From the sequence record MH383160.1: a stretch of 64,000 nt of DNA. One strand, given 5' to 3'. The number at the start of each line of letters is the position of its first letter. Positions within the stretch are counted from its first letter, which is position 1. Under the pieces are notes generated by a model. It saw only the letters and a program-made list of their open reading frames with translations. It did no database searches and was not told the origin of the DNA. A program made the translations under genes and the position numbers. This document shows positions 8,387-18,580 of this stretch, piece after piece.

Positions 8387-9562
8387 TTACATGAAAGTAA
8401 CGTTTTTGATAGCGATTTTGCTGTAGTAGTCCGCAGCGTTACCTAGTGAACTGGTGCTATCGGTCAACTGAACATACCCGTATCTGGTTAAGAAAGTTGT
8501 AACGAGTTCCCCAGTGTTAGGGTCCATTACAGTACCGGAAGCCATTAGTGGGATGTATGGGCAATAGAACACACCAGCATCAGTTTCTGCATTACCTTTA
8601 TAACCAATTAGAATATCTTCTGCATCACTTGCATAAGTATCAACAAAAATACGCATAGTGCTGTTTAGAGTACCTACAAACTTAACGTTAGTTGGTGCTT
8701 CGAAAGTACCTTCAGTGGTACGTGCAAAGCTAGAAGTAGTAGCAGATTGTAGAATGGTTAGTGCAGTTGGGGAAACAACAGCCCAGTTTGCAGCACCACG
8801 CTTAGTACGACGAGCAACTTCGTTTGCTTGACGGTTAATTAGAGTTGCTAGAGCAGCGTGCTCATCACCAACGAAGGTTGCAACACCAGTAACTTTAGAT
8901 TGGTCATAAGTTACAGCAGCAGCACCAGGTAGTGCACGTAGACGGCTTAGTAGCTCTTGGTCGATTTCTACGGTAACTTCTTGAGCGATTGCAGCCATTA
9001 GTTCTGCTTCAACGTCAACACCATGTTGGGATTGAGCATCTTGTGCAGATTCAACAGTCCAACGTGCAGATAGACGACGAGATTTCGCTTCAACAGTTTC
9101 ACGTAGAATACGGATGTTAACGCGACGACCCATAGTACCTTCTAGTTGGCTAGTAGGAGCAGCTTGTGGGTTGCTATTATCCGCATTTAGATCACCAGAG
9201 TAGGATTTAGCGATTTTGTATGGAGAAAGCATTTCTTCACCAGCGATAACACCAGGTGCGTTATCAGCATATTGCACACGTAGGGTGTGGATCTGACCAA
9301 CTGGACCAGTCATTGGTTGAACACCGATGATTTCGTTAGCAATAACGGTTGGCATTACACGACGCATAATTGGTAGAATCACTTTGTTTAGAGTAGCGAT
9401 GTTACCAGCGGTAGTTGCACCAGAAGTTGCGGATTCAGTTAGCATAACTTTACGATGGTTATCAAGAACAGTTTCCATTACAGACTTACGAGTACCCTGT
9501 AGACCTTCAACTAGTTTCTCTTTTACTGCTACCCATTTGGATTCATTTAGTAGTTGTGACAT
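8387..9562 (-). CDS. Major capsid protein (T4 gp23-like)
   Basis: IIGVQPMTGPVGQIHTLR, SRRLSARWTVESAQD, EIDQELL and FYCPYIPL...FLTRYG motifs; probable gp21 cleavage at LTE/S; strong codon bias. Confidence 0.96.
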   Translation of the reverse strand: MSQLLNESKWVAVKEKLVEGLQGTRKSVMETVLDNHRKVMLTESATSGATTAGNIATLNKVILPIMRRVMPTVIANEIIGVQPMTGPVGQIHTLRVQYADNAPGVIAGEEMLSPYKIAKSYSGDLNADNSNPQAAPTSQLEGTMGRRVNIRILRETVEAKSRRLSARWTVESAQDAQSQHGVDVEAELMAAIAQEVTVEIDQELLSRLRALPGAAAVTYDQSKVTGVATFVGDEHAALATLINRQANEVARRTKRGAANWAVVSPTALTILQSATTSSFARTTEGTFEAPTNVKFVGTLNSTMRIFVDTYASDAEDILIGYKGNAETDAGVFYCPYIPLMASGTVMDPNTGELVTTFLTRYGYVQLTDSTSSLGNAADYYSKIAIKNVTFM

Positions 9563-9607
9563 TATATATCTCCTTAAAGATGTTATATTCGTTTTTCAGT
9601 ATGATAT

Positions 9608-9615
9608 TATTTATA
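9608..9615 (-). promoter_or_regulatory. T4-type late promoter TATAAATA (major capsid gene)
   Basis: Exact TATAAATA on the minus strand upstream of the capsid gene; a gp55 sigma is encoded in the window. Confidence 0.85.
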
Positions 9616-9653
9616 GAACTGAAAAATTTGATTATTAAAATGCTTTAAAATGT

Positions 9654-10769
9654 TTATTTTTTATTGATACCTGAAAGAACATCGAGTTCTTTTAGGAATG
9701 CCATATCGTCAGCGGTCATTTCTTCGCTTTCAACAATAGCCTGACGGTTGCCAGTGATTACTTTACCTTCTGCAAGAGTTTTCTTAGCGGAAGACTGAAC
9801 TGCTTGACGAGTGGTAGCAGATTCATTTACTTTAGTACCGTTAAGTACTGACTTATGGTACTTGCTGAAATCTTCTTTAAGCTTTTCAGTAGGTGAAGTA
9901 GCTAGAAGGGATTCCATAATTTGTTTTTGCTGTGCAGTTAGTGGTTTTACTAGTTCAGACATAATCGCATTACGTGCTTGTGCATCTTCCATAATACGTA
10001 GTTTGGTTTTAGCAGCTTTAACGGCATTAGCAGTTTCATGTAGTTCTTGCTTAACTTGAGCAATTTCATCTTCTTTAGATTTAATTGATTCAGTTAGGGA
10101 ACGTAGCAATGAGTTTTCATTAAATTGTTTGACATTAAACTCTTGAGCAAATGCTTCAAAGATTTTACGACCAAACATATTTTGTTTTGCTTCCACTAGA
10201 TCTTGTTTCAACGCATATAGATTCTTCTGAGTGGTTTCTGCAATATATTTAGCAGCACTTTCAGATGTACGTTTGATGAAGTTATTACGAGCTTCAGCAA
10301 TTTGACGTGAACCTTCAGCAAGTAGTTTAACGCGAGTTTCAACTAGTTGACGTTTTTCAGTGTGGAATTCTTTTAGCTCTTCTGCTAGGATACCGTTAGA
10401 AAAATTAACGAATTTACCCATGCATTCATGAAGATGCTTACGTTCTTTACGCATTTGTTTAACTTCTTCAGCCAAAACAGAGTTTGAAAACGCAGAGAAA
10501 TTGCTTAGTGTTTTACGTAGAGTTACACGATCTTCAACGAGACGTTTTTTCTCTTCATATACAGCACCCATTTCTTCAGCAATGACTTGAGTAACCATAG
10601 TGTTCAAACCTTCGGTTAGTTCAGCCAAATCTTGCTGATAACGGCCTTTCATTTCTTCACGCATCTCTGCGGCTAGTGTATTCTTTTCTTCATTCCATGC
10701 TTCCTGAATTAGCTGTTTTGCCTCATCAGAAAGAGATGATTCTTTTAGAAGCTTTTCTAATTTAGACAT
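9654..10769 (-). CDS. Prohead core scaffold protein (gp22-like)
   Basis: Coiled-coil, E/K-rich protein located between the protease and the capsid gene; GRKIFEAFAQEF motif. Confidence 0.85.
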   Translation of the reverse strand: MSKLEKLLKESSLSDEAKQLIQEAWNEEKNTLAAEMREEMKGRYQQDLAELTEGLNTMVTQVIAEEMGAVYEEKKRLVEDRVTLRKTLSNFSAFSNSVLAEEVKQMRKERKHLHECMGKFVNFSNGILAEELKEFHTEKRQLVETRVKLLAEGSRQIAEARNNFIKRTSESAAKYIAETTQKNLYALKQDLVEAKQNMFGRKIFEAFAQEFNVKQFNENSLLRSLTESIKSKEDEIAQVKQELHETANAVKAAKTKLRIMEDAQARNAIMSELVKPLTAQQKQIMESLLATSPTEKLKEDFSKYHKSVLNGTKVNESATTRQAVQSSAKKTLAEGKVITGNRQAIVESEEMTADDMAFLKELDVLSGINKK

Positions 10770-10816
10770 TCGTTCTCTCCTTTAAGTACTGAAATATCTG
10801 TACTTCAACATACAGA

Positions 10817-10824
10817 TATTTATA
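10817..10824 (-). promoter_or_regulatory. Late promoter TATAAATA (scaffold gene)
   Basis: Exact match upstream of 10769. Confidence 0.8.
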
Positions 10825-10835
10825 TTTTTAAAATG

Positions 10836-11459
10836 TTAACCTTTTAATTTCTTGAAAAAATCGTATATTTCAGAATCTAAATTATTTACTTTTTTAGATT
10901 CAGTGATTTTTTTAGAACTATTACAAGGTGATCCGTACTTACTCATCAGAGATTCAAATACCGCTGTTGGGTATGCTTCTGGAGCACTAGGTTGAGCAAC
11001 AATATCAATAGTGATAATTTCAAAATCAGAAACTATTCCATTATAATCAACGTTACCGGAACCGCGAGAACTTACACCAAGTTTTACACCAGCCTCTAGC
11101 ATTTTACGGATATTTTGACCATGTGCAGTATCAAGTAGTTTGATTTCTGCCATACCATTAGCACCTTCCATCCAAACCTTAGTAATCATTGCTGCTACTC
11201 GGTCTAGGTTAATAGTTAGTGTTTCTGGATGGTCACATTCAACAAGAATGCTTTCACCTTTAGCTAAACGCTGGTTCATGTTATTTACTGCCCTTGTAAT
11301 TTCAGATAAAGGGTAAATTCTCTCGTTCAAATTTCGTTGGTCGGCTTGAATAGCAATACCACGAAGATAGCAGTCACGCCCACCAAATCCATTATCACGA
11401 TGTTCCAAAACAACTTTAGAATCATTGAATGAAGACCATTCACGAATCATACTACTCAT
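10836..11459 (-). CDS. Prohead protease (gp21-like)
   Basis: NLNERIYP, ECDHP (catalytic His), GVSSRGSG (catalytic Ser), DIVAQPSAPEAY. Confidence 0.93.
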   Translation of the reverse strand: MSSMIREWSSFNDSKVVLEHRDNGFGGRDCYLRGIAIQADQRNLNERIYPLSEITRAVNNMNQRLAKGESILVECDHPETLTINLDRVAAMITKVWMEGANGMAEIKLLDTAHGQNIRKMLEAGVKLGVSSRGSGNVDYNGIVSDFEIITIDIVAQPSAPEAYPTAVFESLMSKYGSPCNSSKKITESKKVNNLDSEIYDFFKKLKG

Positions 11460-11479
11460 AATGATCTCCTTTCAGATAT

Positions 11480-12328
11480 TTATTTTAGTTTAGGTTGTGC
11501 TTTGCTTAGTGGTGATTTAGAATTAGATGCAGTAGTTTTTGGTGCTTTAACATCTTTCATTTCACCGCGAGCATTTTTACCAAGATCTAGACTATCTTTT
11601 GGTAGAACAGATTTATCATCTAGGTCTAGTAGTGGTGCTTGGTCAGTTTTCTTAGCGAATTTAACTGGCTCTGCTCCTGCTACTGGAGATTTAGCTTCTG
11701 GTGCTACTGGAGATTTGGAATGAGTGCCAGCTTTTTCTTTCTTATCAACTGGAGCAACTTTTTCTAGTTTGAAGGATTCACCGAATTTTTCATCACCGAA
11801 TTCAACATCAGCAAATTCGTCGTCACCGTCAACGCCAACTTCTTCTTCGCTATCTTCTACTTCTTCTTCAGAATCTAGATCAACTTCACCGTCACCGATT
11901 TCATCAAACATTTGTTGTAGGCCACGGAAAGCATCTTGGATTGATTCCCATTGGTCTTCGGAAGGAACATCAGCATCAGCTTTCACTTCAACGTCAACAT
12001 CGTCTTCACCGTCACCATCTGCATCAGCAGAGAATTCAACTTCTTCTTCTGCACTTTCATCTTCTTCACCAAGGGTGTATTCGATTTCAGCATTTAGACC
12101 TTCGTCTGGTTGTACATCAAAATCTTCGTCAAGCTTTTCTTCATCTTTGACTTTAACTTCGACTTCACAATCTTCATCGTCGTCTTCATCTTCCATGCTT
12201 TCTTCTAGTTGTTTGTTAATTTCTTGAGCTTGCTCAACGAAATACTTACGCATTTTTTTATCAGCAATATCTTGTTCGCCATTTGCAAACGCCGCAATTG
12301 CTTCTTGTAGTAGTTTTAAATTCGCCAT
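11480..12328 (-). CDS. Highly acidic prohead core protein (gp67/68-like position)
   Basis: The likely start is MANLK at 12328 (GGAGG RBS at 12334-12338). D/E-rich centre and basic tail; lies between portal and protease as T4 gp67/68 do. Confidence 0.6.
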   Translation of the reverse strand: MANLKLLQEAIAAFANGEQDIADKKMRKYFVEQAQEINKQLEESMEDEDDDEDCEVEVKVKDEEKLDEDFDVQPDEGLNAEIEYTLGEEDESAEEEVEFSADADGDGEDDVDVEVKADADVPSEDQWESIQDAFRGLQQMFDEIGDGEVDLDSEEEVEDSEEEVGVDGDDEFADVEFGDEKFGESFKLEKVAPVDKKEKAGTHSKSPVAPEAKSPVAGAEPVKFAKKTDQAPLLDLDDKSVLPKDSLDLGKNARGEMKDVKAPKTTASNSKSPLSKAQPKLK

Positions 12329-12429
12329 TATATCCTCCATAGATATATTACATTCGTATAAAGTATGATATTATTTAGTACTGAATAAAATCGCCTTTTT
12401 TAAAAGCTTTAAAAAGTGCGATTTTTGAT

Positions 12430-12657
12430 TTACATTAACCCAGAACCGTCACCAGTTGGTGCAGCGGCATAAACAACTGCAACCACATTTTTGCGGCGTT
12501 GTTCTTCATGTGCTTTAAATTCACGGTACTTTCTTAAGTTGTTTAATACTTGTAATGTTAGTTTCGGTTTTCTGGAATCAGTAATTTTATATACGTTCTG
12601 ATCATCTTCAGGGTCGTACATTGAATCACTGCTAGATTCAAAGATGTCCTTTAACAT
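12430..12657 (-). CDS. Small head-module protein (75 aa)
   Basis: Located in the head operon; SRKPKLTLQVLNNLRKYRE motif; late-like CATAAATA at 12722-12729. Confidence 0.65.
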   Translation of the reverse strand: MLKDIFESSSDSMYDPEDDQNVYKITDSRKPKLTLQVLNNLRKYREFKAHEEQRRKNVVAVVYAAAPTGDGSGLM

Positions 12658-12730
12658 TTGATCTCCTTGAAATATGCATTATAAATGAGGGTAAAAATAA
12701 ACCCTCATTCTTATACACTGTTATTTATGT

Positions 12731-14470
12731 TTAAAAAGAATTGCCTAAATTATTAGGGTTGAAACCACCACTTCCACTCTGTTGCTCTTGGTATTCGGCA
12801 TCAGCACTTTCCAAATTACCTTCTCCATCAATACCAAGATCCATTCCAGGATCATTTGGAGCATCAATACCAACAGACTGTAATCCAGCGGAATCTTCTT
12901 CACCACCAGAAGGTTGGGAACCATCTTGTGGATTCTCTTGTAACCACATTTGTTCATTCTTAACAATATCAGCTTTAGAAAAGCCCATTTTTTCAAGAAT
13001 TGTTTGTTTCGCCATATAAGGCAAGTCATTAAGAGGAAGATATGTATTAATTAGTTTAGCATCTAGTTCAGCTTTACGATAAGAAGCTAAGTTAATAGGT
13101 GGATTCATAATAACTTCAAAAGATGAAGTACTAATGTTATATCCATTTTTAACCATAAATCTTTTGAATTCAGCATCAAAATGTTTTGCAACTAAACGTT
13201 GATAACGCATACATTGATTATTGAATCGCAATTCACTTGCCATAGCTTGTGTAGCACCATCACCAAATAATGAAACACCACCATCATCTGGACCTTGTGG
13301 TAGATAAGAAGCTGGTATTTGAAGACCACGAATCAATTTATTATTAAAATAACGTAAGTCATCAATTTGTCCTAAGTTATCACCGCCTGGTAATGTTTGA
13401 ACATCTGAACCACGACCTTCAGAAGTTTGTGGGAAAAAGTAGTCTTCTAAAATGCTTAATGGATTATATGCTGCATCCATTAATGAAGTACTTCCACCTT
13501 TGTTTGAAGGTATTCTACGCTGGTGGATTTCATTTTTAAATCTTTCAACATAAGCCATCGCTTGGTGTGCTTGCATATCACCAACATCAATTTTAAATAC
13601 ACGACGCTCAGGTGCACGTTGTACACGATAAATTATGATACTATCTTCCAGAAGTTCTTTTTGCTTATAGACTTTAAATACGTCCTCAAGTATACTAGTA
13701 CCAAAAGGCCATACCCCATCTTGTCCTGTATTTAGCGTTAGATGAATTACGTGTTCTGCACCAACAGGAATAACGTCTAATTGACCGTTAGTACTGAATG
13801 GGTCAGCAGTATTTCCTTGACTTGTAAAACCAGATGCACCACCCGCAGCTACTGAACCACCGCCACCCATTGTTGTCGGAATAGCTCCTGGATAAGCGGT
13901 TTTATCAAATCCTACTTGAAGGTTACTAAAAACTTTATCTTTCAAATTTAATGATACGTCACGTATATAATAAATTACTGGTGTTTTACCAGTGGCTTCG
14001 TTAACAAATACTTGCTCAACATTTTTGGGGCTTACCCAATACCAATCGAATGTTTCTGGATCTCGAATGAAAAATTGATCACCATATTTCAGAAGACCAC
14101 GCACAATTTCATACATTCGTGTTTTAAAATCATTTTGTTCAGTCCATGCATCTAAACGATCTTCAATAGTCGTTACTTCAGTATCACCAATGTCATCTTT
14201 ATATTTGATTTTATATGGTAAACCAAAATCTTCAGTACTTTGGGTACAAAAGTCAGCAATTATATTCAATGCAGTTCTAATTTCAGGATCTTGGTCCATT
14301 TGCTCATACTGACTATAACGCTCAGTACGGTTTGCCAATCCATTATATACAACAGGAAGATAGGAAGCGAAATTTGTTTTCGTTCCTGTTGATTTATTGC
14401 TATTACTGGACTGATTTGGGATGGTCGATAGTTTAGACCTTCCCACTGTCATATGTCGTTTCCAACTCAT
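12731..14470 (-). CDS. Portal vertex protein (gp20-like)
   Basis: LEDSIIIYRVQRAPERRVFKIDVG, LEDYFFPQTSEGRGSDVQTLPGGDNLGQIDDLRYF. Confidence 0.95.
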   Translation of the reverse strand: MSWKRHMTVGRSKLSTIPNQSSNSNKSTGTKTNFASYLPVVYNGLANRTERYSQYEQMDQDPEIRTALNIIADFCTQSTEDFGLPYKIKYKDDIGDTEVTTIEDRLDAWTEQNDFKTRMYEIVRGLLKYGDQFFIRDPETFDWYWVSPKNVEQVFVNEATGKTPVIYYIRDVSLNLKDKVFSNLQVGFDKTAYPGAIPTTMGGGGSVAAGGASGFTSQGNTADPFSTNGQLDVIPVGAEHVIHLTLNTGQDGVWPFGTSILEDVFKVYKQKELLEDSIIIYRVQRAPERRVFKIDVGDMQAHQAMAYVERFKNEIHQRRIPSNKGGSTSLMDAAYNPLSILEDYFFPQTSEGRGSDVQTLPGGDNLGQIDDLRYFNNKLIRGLQIPASYLPQGPDDGGVSLFGDGATQAMASELRFNNQCMRYQRLVAKHFDAEFKRFMVKNGYNISTSSFEVIMNPPINLASYRKAELDAKLINTYLPLNDLPYMAKQTILEKMGFSKADIVKNEQMWLQENPQDGSQPSGGEEDSAGLQSVGIDAPNDPGMDLGIDGEGNLESADAEYQEQQSGSGGFNPNNLGNSF

Positions 14471-14481
14471 TATTTTCGTCC

Positions 14482-16686
14482 TTAACTGTTTCTCTCACCT
14501 TGAGTGTTTTCAGAGATAGTTCTTAGATAGTTATTTGTCTGTTGCACGGCAGATAGAGATTGCTCATTAACATCAGCAAGTTTTTTAAGTAACTCTTTCA
14601 TGTCTTCTGATATTGTGGCATTATTATTAGCATTTGCCATACTACTACCACTATTTATCATCGCTTTCATGGCCTCATAATCGTCCGGTTCAGCTTGAAT
14701 TGGTGGTTCATTTGGACCCCATGCTGATTTATCAAAAGTTTTTGGAGTTATGGTAACATATGGTGCAACATGTTCAGATTTTTCGATTCTCGCAGTTGCT
14801 CTTGGCTTATTTTCAAGACCACTACTAATAAGTTTTTCAGCAACTGATTCATCAAGGGGTTTTGGTTGTTTAAAGTTTCTACTTGAATTCCATTTTAAAA
14901 AACCATCAAATGAACTAGAAATATAATCACCAAATGAATTCATTTTTTCTTCAAAATAATTATTAACTTTTTCTGCACCATCGGTAACAGAATTGTTTTC
15001 TACTTTTACTTTGTCGTCTGATCCACCAAACCAACCTTTAACAGAATCCCAAAGTTTACCAGGAAGATCCATTAGGTTATTCATAAAGCTATCAAATGCT
15101 TCTGAAACTTTATTATATCCACTACCAAAAATTTCAGTACCTAACCCTTCTAACCACTGCTCAAACTCACCACCAATCCTATCCAAATACGCAACTGCAT
15201 CTTTCGCAATAGGAACCAAACCAAAACCATCAAGTGCTAACTCTCCGATAAATTCCCATGCACCATCAGTACGGTCTGCAATATCAGTAAGGTAATCCGC
15301 AATAGAATTTTGTGTATCTGCATACATTTTATTAAATGGTTCAGTAAATTCTTTACTAATCCATCTATTGAATCTATCAGTGAATTGTGTTAGTTTATCT
15401 GCTGGTTGACTCTTAGGATCATTAATCGCAGCTTCCATATCAAGTAGTTGTTGGTTGAAGGTTGCTGCCGTAGTGTTTCCTAATTGTATCTGATTTAATA
15501 AATCTTGCTTTATTAGTTCTTTGTTCTTTTTAACAAATTCCAATTGTTGACGGCGAATTTCTTGTGAATCAGTAACACCACTACGTACCAAGTTCTCACC
15601 TAAATCAGCAAATTGGTTCAGTACTGGAGTCAATAAATCATCTGGTACTCCACCAATAGTTAAACGATGTGAAATTAAACGTAGAAAATCTGCACCAGCA
15701 TCACCCATACTGGCAGCAGCTTCGTTAAATGCTTTTGATGTTGCAACTGCTGCTTTACTAGATAATCCAGAATAGTTTTGTAATGCGATTTGCATTGAAC
15801 GTGTGTCTAATGATTTATCTAAGTTTTGTGTTTTATTTAATAGTGCATCAACTGACTCACCCATACTTTTACTGAACTTAGTCATACTCATGATAAACTG
15901 TTCAGTACTTTTTGCTTGATCCATACTACGTAACATTTCTCTTCCACCAAATTGCTTTTGGAATTTAATATTACGTGCAGTTAAATCAGTTAATGTTTTT
16001 TGAGAAACACCATATAAACCTAATTGATTTTGTGCTTGTTGCACAGTACCCAATAATTTACCAAATGTAGAAACACCATCACCATATGCACCATCTAATT
16101 GTGCAACAACGGCACTATGAGTTTGTAATGCTTCACCAAATGCATCAATACTCATCATTGATGCACCAGCACCTTTTAATATGGAGCCGTAACCTTCAGA
16201 TAGAGCGACACCAGCACTGTTTATTCTATTATAAACTTCAAGCTGTGCATTTAACACATTATAAACTGCTAAACCAGCGTCAGCAACCAATTTGAATGCA
16301 GATGCTGCTGCACCAACTGGACCTGGGATCATTGCCAATGAACCAGCAAATGAAGATGCACTCATTCCTAGTGAGTTTACAACATTGCTAACGTTTGCAG
16401 ACGTACTCATCATAGTTTTGCCGACATTCGATACTTCAGATGATAATGATTTGAATATTTTTCCAAATTCTTTACCATCATCAGCTTTGTTATTTGTTCG
16501 AGAGCCACGGTTTCCAGTACTTGATGAATTACTTCCATTACGTTTTCCACTTTTAGAACCGGATTTCTTTCTATCATTTTTTATATTTTCAGCCAATAAC
16601 TCACGAATAGCACTCAAACTATCGTTGTTATCTTTAGTTTGATTAACCAACTGCTGGAGTAGGTAATCACTTGTATTTCCAGCCAT
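14482..16686 (-). CDS. Probable tape-measure / baseplate hub protein (gp29-like)
   Basis: 734-aa, largely helical, A/G/S-rich protein adjacent to gp26/gp51-like genes. The assignment rests on composition and context only. Confidence 0.45.
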   Translation of the reverse strand: MAGNTSDYLLQQLVNQTKDNNDSLSAIRELLAENIKNDRKKSGSKSGKRNGSNSSSTGNRGSRTNNKADDGKEFGKIFKSLSSEVSNVGKTMMSTSANVSNVVNSLGMSASSFAGSLAMIPGPVGAAASAFKLVADAGLAVYNVLNAQLEVYNRINSAGVALSEGYGSILKGAGASMMSIDAFGEALQTHSAVVAQLDGAYGDGVSTFGKLLGTVQQAQNQLGLYGVSQKTLTDLTARNIKFQKQFGGREMLRSMDQAKSTEQFIMSMTKFSKSMGESVDALLNKTQNLDKSLDTRSMQIALQNYSGLSSKAAVATSKAFNEAAASMGDAGADFLRLISHRLTIGGVPDDLLTPVLNQFADLGENLVRSGVTDSQEIRRQQLEFVKKNKELIKQDLLNQIQLGNTTAATFNQQLLDMEAAINDPKSQPADKLTQFTDRFNRWISKEFTEPFNKMYADTQNSIADYLTDIADRTDGAWEFIGELALDGFGLVPIAKDAVAYLDRIGGEFEQWLEGLGTEIFGSGYNKVSEAFDSFMNNLMDLPGKLWDSVKGWFGGSDDKVKVENNSVTDGAEKVNNYFEEKMNSFGDYISSSFDGFLKWNSSRNFKQPKPLDESVAEKLISSGLENKPRATARIEKSEHVAPYVTITPKTFDKSAWGPNEPPIQAEPDDYEAMKAMINSGSSMANANNNATISEDMKELLKKLADVNEQSLSAVQQTNNYLRTISENTQGERNS

Positions 16687-16774
16687 AACATTCCCTTTTA
16701 ATAGATGTATTATAGAAATATTTATGAAACTATAGAGAATATAAAAATTAGTTTAATTTAATCTTTTTTAGTCT

Positions 16775-16782
16775 TATAAATA
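16775..16782 (+). promoter_or_regulatory. Late promoter TATAAATA (gp26-like gene)
   Basis: Exact match; a divergent CATAAATA at 16719-16726 on the minus strand serves the 16686 gene. Confidence 0.75.
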
Positions 16783-16816
16783 CTAAAACACATTTATTAC
16801 ATGGAGATTTAATAAA

Positions 16817-17653
16817 ATGGCTATGAATCCACTTGCTAAGTACACTAAAATTGAAGAGATCAGTACTAAGTTAGTTACAAACGGCGTTATTCCTTATAAA
16901 GAAGGAGTTCTAGGTCCAAAAGGTGTCAAATGTGGAGTTTGTGCACGTAGTGCACGTGATGAAATGACACTTAATACCCCCGATATGTTACTAAACGGAG
17001 ATGCAGTATCCCGTGTTATTGAAAACTGTGTTCCTAATGTAATTGACGCTGATGAGTTGTATGTAAATGACGTTGAAATGCTTCTTATTGCTATTAAAGT
17101 TGCTTCTAAAGAAGAAACATATGATATTAACGTTGTATGTCCTGAATGTGAAAAAGAAGGTCGATTTGAACGTAATCTATCATATCTTCTTGAAACTGCA
17201 CAAGCATTTGAAGAAATCCCATCAATTGATTTAGATAATGGACTACGTTTAGAATTTAGACCACTGACATGGAAAGAATATTCATCGTTTGCTGAACGCA
17301 TGTTCAGTGAGCAGCAGAAGACTAAGTTTCTTGAAACTGCTGATATTGATAAAGATGAAAAAGTAAAAATATTTTCTGAAGTATTTGAAAACATGGCTCA
17401 ACTTAACTTCGATATGATTGGTGGAGTTATTGCAAAAATTATAACACCAGATGGTGATGAAGTAGTTGAAAAAGAATTTATTAATGAATGGCTTGGACAA
17501 CAATCGAAGGGAGTACTTAAACTAATTCGTGAAAAAATGGATGAAGTACTTGAAATTGGTGTATCTCATAGTATGGAAGTAGAATGTGATGGATGTAATC
17601 ATCAATGGGAAATTGATGGACTAAAATATGATCCTAGTCATTTTTTCGAGTAA
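16817..17653 (+). CDS. Baseplate hub assembly protein (gp26-like)
   Basis: MNPLAKY, RDEMTLNTPDMLLNG, DVEMLLIAIK...CPEC and a C-terminal CDGC...DPSHFF pattern. Confidence 0.8.
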   Translation: MAMNPLAKYTKIEEISTKLVTNGVIPYKEGVLGPKGVKCGVCARSARDEMTLNTPDMLLNGDAVSRVIENCVPNVIDADELYVNDVEMLLIAIKVASKEETYDINVVCPECEKEGRFERNLSYLLETAQAFEEIPSIDLDNGLRLEFRPLTWKEYSSFAERMFSEQQKTKFLETADIDKDEKVKIFSEVFENMAQLNFDMIGGVIAKIITPDGDEVVEKEFINEWLGQQSKGVLKLIREKMDEVLEIGVSHSMEVECDGCNHQWEIDGLKYDPSHFFE

Positions 17654-17862
17654 TGCTTCTCCAGTCATCTCCTGAAGAAATACAAGAAGTACTGAAGGAG
17701 ATAGAACTGAATAAGTCAGAAATCAAAAATGCACTAATGGAATGTTCTGTATATATGGATAACATTGACTATGGAACACTCCTTAATATGCCATTAATAG
17801 ATAGAGACTTATTAGTTAAGTCTTTTAATAAAAAAATTAAAAAACAAAACGAGAAGCACTAA
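17653..17862 (+). CDS. Baseplate hub assembly catalyst (gp51-like)
   Basis: Small ORF coupled to the gp26-like gene; YGTLLNMPLIDRDL resembles gp51-type motifs. Confidence 0.55.
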   Translation: MLLQSSPEEIQEVLKEIELNKSEIKNALMECSVYMDNIDYGTLLNMPLIDRDLLVKSFNKKIKKQNEKH

Positions 17863-17873
17863 TTTTCATATAG

Positions 17874-17901
17874 CCAGCACATTGTTGCTGGTTTTTTTTT
17901 T
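17874..17901 (+). terminator. Terminator after the gp26/gp51-like genes
   Basis: CCAGCA/TGCTGG stem followed by ten T. Confidence 0.8.
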
Positions 17902-18120
17902 GGTTTTAAACTACAGAATTATTTGAATTGAATTATGAAAGGATTAATTTTAATATTATTGGATTCATCTAACTCATTTCATTCGTTAGCTGAAGAATAT
18001 TCGTTACTACGTAACTCATATTCATTTAATTAAATTAATTATAAAGAACTTTAAAAGATTTAATACTTGACGGGATTTGTTGAGGACATTTTCATCCCCC
18101 CGCAGGGGAATGAAGACAAT

Positions 18121-18143
18121 AAAAAAGAGACAATGAAGTCTCT
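18121..18143 (-). terminator. Terminator closing the candidate ncRNA
   Basis: Minus strand reads AGAGAC-TTCATT-GTCTCT-TTTTT. Confidence 0.7.
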
Positions 18144-18575
18144 ATTTCTTGACGCTGATGGTTTCAGCATTTATTGTATTGCGAATTTCTTAAAAATATA
18201 TTAAGAACGAAAGCGGGTTGCTCTGTTTCTCTCTATCGCAGTCATGTGCAACGGTCGTCAGTCTTAATCATCCTGACACTCACCTGAAAGTCTATACAAT
18301 CAAACTTCAGGCTGTTTATTAAAATCACTTAATAAACTCCCTTAGCAAATCTGGTAAGGTGCGATCCTTATATGTCTATCTAGGAACTCTCTGTATGCTT
18401 ATCGGAGTTCTTTATTGAGCCGCATTGCCGTGAGGGGTTCAAACTATGCCCACATCTAACGGGTTTCTTTTGCTCATCGCACTGTTGAACTGCTCATCTG
18501 CCATCTACATTTTCGATAGGATCAGGTTCTAATTTATATGCATTTCTGCATTCAACAGGATTGTCATTATTACAA
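18121..18575 (-). ncRNA. Candidate structured non-coding RNA of about 455 nt, family unknown
   Basis: No ORF of 60 aa or more. Promoter at 18581-18609, terminator at 18121-18143. About 38-40% GC by hand count against about 21% in the flank. At least nine hairpins, most with G-U wobbles on the minus strand. Confidence 0.6.
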
Positions 18576-18580
18576 CAAAC

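Noticed and set aside
8387-9562. Absence of AGTACT from the major capsid gene
   Set aside because: Only about two sites are expected in 1.2 kb at the window average, and strong codon bias could explain it; not significant alone.
11724-12227. 167-aa Ser-rich plus-strand ORF
   Set aside because: Antisense shadow of the GAA/GAT-rich acidic core gene.
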